DNA of 64,000 nt. Source: Syntrophales bacterium. GTDB lineage: Bacteria > Desulfobacterota > Syntrophia > Syntrophales > UBA2210. The notes beneath the pieces were generated by a model. That model saw nothing but the letters and a program-made list of their open reading frames with translations, searched no databases and was not told the origin of the DNA. The number at the start of each line of letters is the position of its first letter. Position 1 is the first letter of the stretch. The translations under genes were made by a program, and so were the position numbers. The stretch spans positions 128,001 to 192,000 of the forward strand of contig CAXXNF010000002.1 of NCBI GenBank assembly GCA_963666365.2, read 5' to 3'. Below are positions 57,435 to 64,000 of this stretch, in pieces.

Positions 57435-58730
57435 TCATGAATCGGCGCGATATTTTATCTCTCCTCCGACAATGGTCATAGCGGTCCGTCCTCGAAGTGT
57501 CATTCCATCGAAGGGGCAGTTTCTGCTCTTTGAGCGAAAACGCCTTGTATCGACAGTCCACACCGCTTCGGGATCGATGATTGTCAGATCTGCAGCACAG
57601 CCTTTCCGAAGTGATCCGCCGGGTATTCCCAGTATTCGAGCCGGATTGACGCTCATTTTTTCGACAAGCTGGGTCATGGTAAGCATTTGTTCCTCAACCA
57701 GCTTAAGGGAAAGTCCCAGAGATGTTTCAAGGCCGATGAGCCCTGTCGCGGCATAATCGAATTCCACATCCTTCTCGATGGATGAATGAGGGGCGTGGTC
57801 GCTTGCAATAGCATCGATGGCGCCGTCGGCGAGTCCTTTCTTTATTGCCTCGAGGTCTTGGCGATTTCTCAGCGGCGGGTATACTTTCATATTGGTGGAG
57901 AACGATCGAAGCTCTTCGTCGGTCAGCGTAAAATAATGAGGCGCTGTTTCGGCCGTCACTTGAATGCCGGAAGATTTGGCCCTGCGTATCGCATCGACTG
58001 ATCCCGCGGTGCTCACGTGGGCAATGTGAACGGCGGCGCCGGTGAAGCGGGCGAGAATAATATCCCTGACAATCATGATCTCTTCTGCAATATCGGGAAT
58101 GCCGGAAAGGCCCATCTCTGTGGAGACAAGTCCCTCGTTCATTACTCCCCCCCTTGCAAGCCCCATATCTTCACAGTGTGATATCACCGGCATGCTCAGA
58201 GAATGGGCATATTCAAGGGCGCTTCTCATGAGGCCGCTGTCGGTTACAGGTCTGCCGTCATCAGAGATGCCGACGGCGCCGGCATTTTTTAGATCGGCGA
58301 ACTCCGTCAGAACCTGTCCTTCGAGATTTCTACTCAGGGCGGCAATGGGATATACCCTGGCGTAACCGGCTCGCGCCGCCTCTTTGAGAATGAATTCGGT
58401 AACCGAGCGGTTGTCGTTAACGGGATTGGTATTGGCCATGCAGGCGACGGCAGTGAATCCTCCGGTCACGGCGGCTTCCGCTCCCGATCGGATTGTTTCC
58501 TTGTATTCGAAGCCCGGTTCCCTCAGGTGTGTATGCATATCAATAAGCCCCGGCACAATGAGTTTCCCTGCAAGGCTGTATGCAGCAGAGGTCCCCTTTC
58601 CCTGTATGGCTGAGGGTGGTATATGTCGTTCAATTCGGGATATTATTCCGTTTTCTATGAGGATATCCGCTATATCGTCCATGTGCTGGGAAGGATCGAT
58701 AATTCGTCCTTCCGTCAATAAAAGTCTCAT
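57435..58730 (-). CDS. pyrC: Dihydroorotase
   Basis: [30 protein letters not shown]. Confidence 0.96.
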   Translation of the reverse strand: MRLLLTEGRIIDPSQHMDDIADILIENGIISRIERHIPPSAIQGKGTSAAYSLAGKLIVPGLIDMHTHLREPGFEYKETIRSGAEAAVTGGFTAVACMANTNPVNDNRSVTEFILKEAARAGYARVYPIAALSRNLEGQVLTEFADLKNAGAVGISDDGRPVTDSGLMRSALEYAHSLSMPVISHCEDMGLARGGVMNEGLVSTEMGLSGIPDIAEEIMIVRDIILARFTGAAVHIAHVSTAGSVDAIRRAKSSGIQVTAETAPHYFTLTDEELRSFSTNMKVYPPLRNRQDLEAIKKGLADGAIDAIASDHAPHSSIEKDVEFDYAATGLIGLETSLGLSLKLVEEQMLTMTQLVEKMSVNPARILGIPGGSLRKGCAADLTIIDPEAVWTVDTRRFRSKSRNCPFDGMTLRGRTAMTIVGGEIKYRADS

Positions 58731-59650
58731 TGTCGTCCTCCTGCCAGAAGGTAGAGAAGCGCCATGCGCACAGCCACCCCGTTTGACACCTGTTCAAGAA
58801 TGGCTGAGCGGGGACTGTCTGCAATTTCCGGTGAAATTTCAATGCCTCTGTTTATCGGTCCCGGATGCATTACCAGGACATCGTCTGCCGCGAGTCTGAT
58901 GTTGTCTTCATTTAAGCAATAGAGGCTTGCATATTCTCGAATGGAGGGAAATATCGTTCTCTGCTGCCGTTCAAATTGCATGCGAAGCATCATGACGACA
59001 TCGGCGCCTTTGATTGCCCGGCGCATTTCGGTTTCCACTTTCACGCCCAGGACGCTGATGCCCCGGGGAATCAGCATGGCGGGACCGCAGACGGTTACCC
59101 GAGCGCCCATTTTTAAGAGGCCGGCTATATTCGAACGAGCAACACGACTGTGGGCAATATCACCGACAAGTGTCACCGAAAGTCCCTTGATGCGCCCCTT
59201 TCTTTCCCTGATGGTAAGCATGTCGAGAAGGGCCTGCGTCGGATGCTCGTGTGCGCCGTCACCGGCGTTTATGATGGATTGTTTCAGAAGACGGGCCAGG
59301 ATGTGGGGTGCGCCTGCACAGGCATGCCGAATCACGATAATGTCCGGATTCATCGATTCGAGAGTTTTGGCCGTGTCTATCAATGTTTCTCCCTTTACTA
59401 CGCTGCTTGTGGAGGTGGAAATATTGATGGCATCGGCACTCAAGCGCTTTGCAGCGATCTCAAAGGATGTCCGTGTCCTGGTGCTCGGCTCGTAAAAAAG
59501 GTTGATGATCGTGTTGCCTCGAAGCGTGGGGACCTTTTTGATGGATCGTGTGGATATTTCTCTGAAAGACGCCGCGGTATCGAGTACGAGCGCAATCTCG
59601 TCGACAGTAAAATCAGTAAGTCCCAGCACATCTTTTCTTGTGAGTTTCAT
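58727..59650 (-). CDS. pyrB: Aspartate carbamoyltransferase catalytic subunit
   Basis: [31 protein letters not shown]. Confidence 0.97.
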   Translation of the reverse strand: MKLTRKDVLGLTDFTVDEIALVLDTAASFREISTRSIKKVPTLRGNTIINLFYEPSTRTRTSFEIAAKRLSADAINISTSTSSVVKGETLIDTAKTLESMNPDIIVIRHACAGAPHILARLLKQSIINAGDGAHEHPTQALLDMLTIRERKGRIKGLSVTLVGDIAHSRVARSNIAGLLKMGARVTVCGPAMLIPRGISVLGVKVETEMRRAIKGADVVMMLRMQFERQQRTIFPSIREYASLYCLNEDNIRLAADDVLVMHPGPINRGIEISPEIADSPRSAILEQVSNGVAVRMALLYLLAGGRQ

Positions 59651-59667
59651 AATAGCGTATCCTTGAG

Positions 59668-60210
59668 TCAGCTTTCCATGACAAGCACTTCATCACTTTC
59701 GGCTGTTTCCGAAAGATGGACATTGATTTCTTCCCAGAGCGACGAGGGGAGTTTTTCTCCTACATAGTCGGGTCGGATGGGTAATTCTCTATGTCCTCTA
59801 TCGATCAATACGGCAAGACGGATGATCTTGGGTCTTCCAAAGTCCATAAGTGCATCCATTGCCGCCCGTATCGTTCTTCCTGTAAAGATCACATCATCCA
59901 CAAGAATCACCTTCTTGTCGTCGAGGCGGCAGGGAATGTGTGTTTCCCCAAGTTTCGGCTTTCGGTCGGCCATCATGACATCATCACGGTAGAGGGTAAT
60001 ATCCAGGATGCCCAGGGGCACCTCTTGCCCTTCAATCCTGGAAATGCCTTCGGCAATTCGCTTAGCGAGGTATATTCCTCCCGACCTGATGCCTATGAGA
60101 ATAAGATCGGCGATTCCTTTATGGTCTTCAAGAATTTCATATGCGATTCTCATTATGGACCGTTCGATCCCTTCTGCATCCATGACCGTTCTTTTTTTCA
60201 TGTTGCCCAT
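59668..60210 (-). CDS. pyrR: Bifunctional pyr regulator / uracil phosphoribosyltransferase PyrR
   Basis: [37 protein letters not shown]. Confidence 0.97.
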   Translation of the reverse strand: MGNMKKRTVMDAEGIERSIMRIAYEILEDHKGIADLILIGIRSGGIYLAKRIAEGISRIEGQEVPLGILDITLYRDDVMMADRKPKLGETHIPCRLDDKKVILVDDVIFTGRTIRAAMDALMDFGRPKIIRLAVLIDRGHRELPIRPDYVGEKLPSSLWEEINVHLSETAESDEVLVMES

Positions 60211-60252
60211 GCGCTGTTCCTCTCCTTGGCCGCTGTATCGCGCGCATCCACC

Positions 60253-60351
60253 TCAGGATGCCGACGGGCGTTGCAAAATAATAAAAAAAAGCCTTCCCAC
60301 CAATCGATGAGAAGGCCTTACACACGTATATTCCCCGAGACAGATTTTCAC
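60253..60351 (-). CDS. Putative pyr leader peptide (32 aa)
   Basis: GGGAG-N6-GTG start. The peptide MKICLGEYTCVRPSHRLVGRLFFIILQRPSAS reads through the terminator. Confidence 0.4.
   Translation of the reverse strand: MKICLGEYTCVRPSHRLVGRLFFIILQRPSAS
60283..60317 (-). terminator. Intrinsic terminator/attenuator in the pyrRBC leader
   Basis: GCCTTCTCA-tcgattgg-TGGGAAGGC followed by T8. Confidence 0.85.
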
Positions 60352-60389
60352 TGCTTACTCCCTTTTGTCCGTGAAAAACTAATGCGGAA

Positions 60390-60418
60390 TTTATAGCAGC
60401 GCCGCACTGTCCTGTCAA
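60390..60418 (-). promoter_or_regulatory. Sigma-70 promoter of pyrRBC
   Basis: Minus strand reads TTGACA-N17-TATAAA with an extended TG. Confidence 0.75.
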
Positions 60419-60422
60419 GATT

Positions 60423-61037
60423 TTAGTGAATTATGTCAGCGATCCTGTTCCATCTGACGGAGTGATTGGTTCCGTTCCATGACCAATAGATCATAAATGC
60501 TTTTCCCCGTACATCTTCCAGTTTGACGAATCCCCAAAATCTGCTGTCATAGCTTTGGTCGCGGTTGTCTCCCATAACGAATATATGACCTTCCGGTACC
60601 GTAACGGGACCGAAATTGTCCCGTGGCTGAAGAGAGCGGGGCTGAATCAGCGTATCCTTGTACACACTGTAGGAGTCGTCGCAGAGTTGGCCATTGAGAA
60701 AGACTTTTTTGTCCCTTATTTCTACGGTGTCTCCTCCCAGGGCTATAACCCGTTTAATAAAGTCCTTGCTTCTGTCTACGGGATAGATAAATACCACAAT
60801 GTCGCCGTGCTTCGGTGAACTGACGGGAACCAGTGTTTTTCTGATCAACGGTATTTTGATGCCGTAAATAAATTTATTGACAAGAATGTGATCGCCGATC
60901 AGCAGAGTTTCTTTCATGGATCCTGAAGGAATTTTAAAGGCCTGAACGACAAAGGTGCGGATAAAGAGGGCAATCAGAATCGCAATGATAATTGTCTTGG
61001 TGTATTCTTTTATAACTGCCTTATGACTTTCTTTCAT
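60423..61037 (-). CDS. lepB: Signal peptidase I
   Basis: IPSGSM..TL..GD, FIKRVI, GDNRDQSYDSRFWG. Confidence 0.96.
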   Translation of the reverse strand: MKESHKAVIKEYTKTIIIAILIALFIRTFVVQAFKIPSGSMKETLLIGDHILVNKFIYGIKIPLIRKTLVPVSSPKHGDIVVFIYPVDRSKDFIKRVIALGGDTVEIRDKKVFLNGQLCDDSYSVYKDTLIQPRSLQPRDNFGPVTVPEGHIFVMGDNRDQSYDSRFWGFVKLEDVRGKAFMIYWSWNGTNHSVRWNRIADIIH

Positions 61038-61048
61038 ATAATCAACCT

Positions 61049-61561
61049 TCAGGAATATACACGGGTCACTGCAAGCACTGACATGACGATACCCGTCGCG
61101 CCCTTGAGAAGCACAATGCCGATCCGGCCCGCTCTGATGCCGAAACGCTCTCTGAACAAGGGTTTGAGTTTTTTTCGTTCGGCCTGTTCCACCAAGAGCA
61201 TTCCCCCCAAACTTCCGACAAAAAGTCCTGTCATTGTGCCGAGTCCGAACAAAATGGGAGTAAGCGCTGCCGCACCCAAGACTCCCCCCACAAGCGAAAC
61301 CGCCACCGATGTTTTTGAGGCGGGAACCATTCTGGCGCCTGCGATTCCGCTGAGTACGTCGATTCCCTCAACAGCAAGGGTCATAACGGTCAGGAGCCCG
61401 ATAAGGGGCAGGCCTATTGTTGCAAAATGTGTCACCGCTGCATAGATAATTACATCAATCAGGATTACCAGCGTGCCGGGCAATCCGAATATCACGCAGT
61501 ATACACCGAAGAAGAGAAGCACGATGAACAGGGTTGTCCCTGTTGTCTCCAGGGCCGACAA
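61049..61561 (-). CDS. DUF456-like membrane protein
   Basis: GLPG motif and Gly-rich TM helices. Start trimmed to TTG 61561, which follows AGAGG at the end of secF. Confidence 0.75.
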   Translation of the reverse strand: MSALETTGTTLFIVLLFFGVYCVIFGLPGTLVILIDVIIYAAVTHFATIGLPLIGLLTVMTLAVEGIDVLSGIAGARMVPASKTSVAVSLVGGVLGAAALTPILFGLGTMTGLFVGSLGGMLLVEQAERKKLKPLFRERFGIRAGRIGIVLLKGATGIVMSVLAVTRVYS

Positions 61562-61568
61562 TGACAGG

Positions 61569-62489
61569 CTACCTCTTTTTCTTTGGCTTTGAAGGCCACA
61601 AATGTTCCCATGCCAGCACCGTGGGGCTTGCGATGAATATGGACGAGTAGGTTCCCACGATGATGCCCACCAGAAGAGCGAAGGCAAAGTCATGTATCAC
61701 CGCGCCGCCCAAAAAGAACAGGGCCGCCACCACAAGGAGCGTGGTCAGCGATGTCAGCAGCGTTCTGCTCAAAACCTGGTTGATGCTTTCGTTGACCACC
61801 TCGTCGGTGCTTCGCCTCCTAATGCCCTTTGAATTTTCCCGAATTCTGTCGTACACGACGATCGTATCGTTGAGAGAATACCCTATGATCGTCAGAAGCG
61901 CGGCGATTATGGGAAGCGTAAATTCCTTGTCCAGCAGAGAAAAAATTCCCACGGTAATAATAACATCGTGAATGAGGGCGATAATTGCCCCCAGGGCATA
62001 GCGAAGCTCGAAGCGCCAGGTAATATAGATCAGTATGCCCACGATGGCATAGAGCATTGCCAGCATTCCTTTGTTACGCAGGTCTTTCCCCACCTTGGGT
62101 CCCACTACCTCGACGCGCCTTATTTCAAAATCCCCGGCGCCGTAGTGTGTTGCCAGCACCTTTTGAATATCTGCCGAAAACCCTTTCAATTCTGAACTGG
62201 ATTGCTCCGTTTTGATAAGAAATTCGCTTTCTCCGTGGGCGCCGAATCGTTGTATCACGCTTCCCCCGAGATCGATTTCCTTCAGCGTATCCCTGATTTC
62301 CGAGGCGGTAGTGGGTTTGGCGAATTTGATCTGCACGAGCGTGCCGCCAGCAAAATCTATTCCCAGTTTAGGGCCTCCGTGGAAAACAAGTGATACAACA
62401 CTTATGATGATCATCGCCAGCGATATCGAGAAGGCGATTTTCATTTTACCTACAAAGTTGATGGTGGTTCCAGCCTTGATAAATTCCAT
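61569..62489 (-). CDS. secF: Protein translocase subunit SecF
   Basis: GIDFAGG, VGPKVG, GYSLNDTIVVYDRIRE. Confidence 0.97.
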   Translation of the reverse strand: MEFIKAGTTINFVGKMKIAFSISLAMIIISVVSLVFHGGPKLGIDFAGGTLVQIKFAKPTTASEIRDTLKEIDLGGSVIQRFGAHGESEFLIKTEQSSSELKGFSADIQKVLATHYGAGDFEIRRVEVVGPKVGKDLRNKGMLAMLYAIVGILIYITWRFELRYALGAIIALIHDVIITVGIFSLLDKEFTLPIIAALLTIIGYSLNDTIVVYDRIRENSKGIRRRSTDEVVNESINQVLSRTLLTSLTTLLVVAALFFLGGAVIHDFAFALLVGIIVGTYSSIFIASPTVLAWEHLWPSKPKKKR

Positions 62490-62498
62490 CGCCCGCTC

Positions 62499-64000
62499 CT
62501 ATATCCTGACCAGTTTGATTTTTTTGTGCCAGATGAAGTAGTCGTACACGATCCGCGTGACGAAAATAGCCGTGAACATGCTGCAGACAATACCGACGCA
62601 CAGCGTCACGGCGAAGCCCTTGACCGGACCTGTGCCGAACTGAAAAAGCACGACCGCGGCGATCAGCGTCGTAATGTTCGCATCGATAATGGTGATCAGG
62701 GCCTTCCCGTAGCCCGCCGAGACGGCTGCCCTGGGAGATTTGCCCAGGCGAAGTTCTTCTCTGATTCGCTCAAATATAAGCACATTTGCATCAACGGCCA
62801 TACCAATGGTGAGCACAATGCCTGCAATCCCCGGAAGGGTCAGGGTTGCCCTGAAGGCCGCCAATGCGCCCAGAATCAGGATAATGTTGAGGACAAGCGC
62901 CATGTCGGCAATAAATCCTGAATAATGGTAGTAGATGACCATAAAGATAAGAACAATGATCATGCCTATTATAATCGACCAAAAACCTTTGTTGATGGAA
63001 TCGTGTCCTAAAGACGGTCCCACCGTTCTCTGTTCCAGGATGGTAACGGGCGCCGGAAGGGCGCCAGCCCTCAGGACAATTGCCAGATCGCGGGCTTCGT
63101 TCATGGTGAAACTTCCGGTAATCTGGGCGTCGCCTCCCGATATGCGCTCCTGGATCACCGGCGCCGAATGGACCACGCCGTCAAGGACGATGGCAAGCCG
63201 CTTTTTTACGTTGTCAGCCGTGATTCTGTCGAAATCCCGGGCGCCCTGTGAATCGAACTTGATTGCCACATAGGGTTCATTGAAACGGTTGCCGATGGCC
63301 ACCTTGGCATCTTCAAGGGATTCCCCCGTAAGCAGAGTTTTATCCTTGAGGAGGTAGGGGGTGCGTATCCGTGCGCCTGTGTTCGGGTCGATTTTGGATC
63401 CATGAGCGACCACATCGCCGGGGGGCACATTGCCCTTCAGCGCATCATCGAGACTGTGCTCGTCATCGACGAGCTTGAATTCCAGGAGCGCTGTTTTGCC
63501 GATCAGATTGATAGCCCGCTGAGGGTCCTTTACTCCGGGAAGCTGAACCAGGATTCGCCCTTGGGCCTGGGGGACAATTTCGGGCTCTGAAACTCCGAAC
63601 TGATCCACCCGATTTCTGATCGTTTCGAGACTCTGCTCGAGGGCAAATTTCTTGATCGACGCCACCTGGTCTGCCTGTAATGTAAGATGTACCGTCTCTC
63701 TCCCCTCGGTAATTTTTGACGAACTTTCCGTCAGCGTGGGGAACTCATCGTTCAAAACAGTTCTGAAACGATCGGATGCTTCGCTGTTAGGCAGCTCCAG
63801 TGTAATGGTCGTGCCGTCGATACGATCGAGGTTCTTGAAACGGATGCGTTTCTCCATGAGCGTTTCTTTCAGGCTGTTCGCGATCCGCTCAACAGAACTT
63901 TCCACGGCCTTATCCGTTTGTACCTCCAGTATGAGATGCATTCCACCCTGTAAATCCAGACCGAGATGGATTTTATCGCTGGGAAGATTGTCTTCCCAGA
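62499..64000 (-). CDS. secD: Protein translocase subunit SecD (5' end outside the window)
   Basis: LGLDLQGG lies in frame upstream of the track's Met; RNRVDQFGVSEP, GMAVDANVLIFERIREE. Confidence 0.97.
   Translation of the reverse strand, partial: WEDNLPSDKIHLGLDLQGGMHLILEVQTDKAVESSVERIANSLKETLMEKRIRFKNLDRIDGTTITLELPNSEASDRFRTVLNDEFPTLTESSSKITEGRETVHLTLQADQVASIKKFALEQSLETIRNRVDQFGVSEPEIVPQAQGRILVQLPGVKDPQRAINLIGKTALLEFKLVDDEHSLDDALKGNVPPGDVVAHGSKIDPNTGARIRTPYLLKDKTLLTGESLEDAKVAIGNRFNEPYVAIKFDSQGARDFDRITADNVKKRLAIVLDGVVHSAPVIQERISGGDAQITGSFTMNEARDLAIVLRAGALPAPVTILEQRTVGPSLGHDSINKGFWSIIIGMIIVLIFMVIYYHYSGFIADMALVLNIILILGALAAFRATLTLPGIAGIVLTIGMAVDANVLIFERIREELRLGKSPRAAVSAGYGKALITIIDANITTLIAAVVLFQFGTGPVKGFAVTLCVGIVCSMFTAIFVTRIVYDYFIWHKKIKLVRI

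Overview
This is a chromosomal window from a diderm bacterium. Gene content and order suggest a deltaproteobacterium (Desulfobacterota/Syntrophales-like); this is an inference and was not verified. About 45 kb (5.5-50.5 kb) is a near-complete flagellar supercluster: SPOR/TPR gene, flgS/flgR-like pair, flgBC-fliEFGHIJ, motE-like, fliK, flgDE, motA, two motB, fliLMNOPQR, flhBAFG, fliA, a seven-gene accessory block, flgFGAHIJMNKL, csrA, fliW, and flaG on the opposite strand. Flagellin, fliD, fliS and che genes are absent from the window. Five sigma-54 promoters and two sigma-28 promoters can be read directly from the sequence. The left flank has a PLD-family gene, DUF169, an MFS transporter and pdxST. 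The right flank has an OmpA lipoprotein, DUF481, an acyl-CoA ligase, an SDR, recO, mgtE, pyrRBC, lepB and secDF. The most notable observations are: (1) an intact MotB paralogue lacking the essential ion-binding Asp, placed between MotA and a canonical MotB; (2) a roughly 1100-aa FliK ruler expanded by near-identical 216-bp tandem repeats; (3) an accessory block with a sensorless pseudo-histidine kinase, a second FliL, a FipA/SwrB-like protein, and a second FliK-like protein paired with a free FlhB-C protein; (4) GGA-rich 9-mer arrays before fliQ and flhB; (5) a leader-peptide-type attenuator before pyrR. No tRNA, rRNA, CRISPR array or mobile element was recognised.
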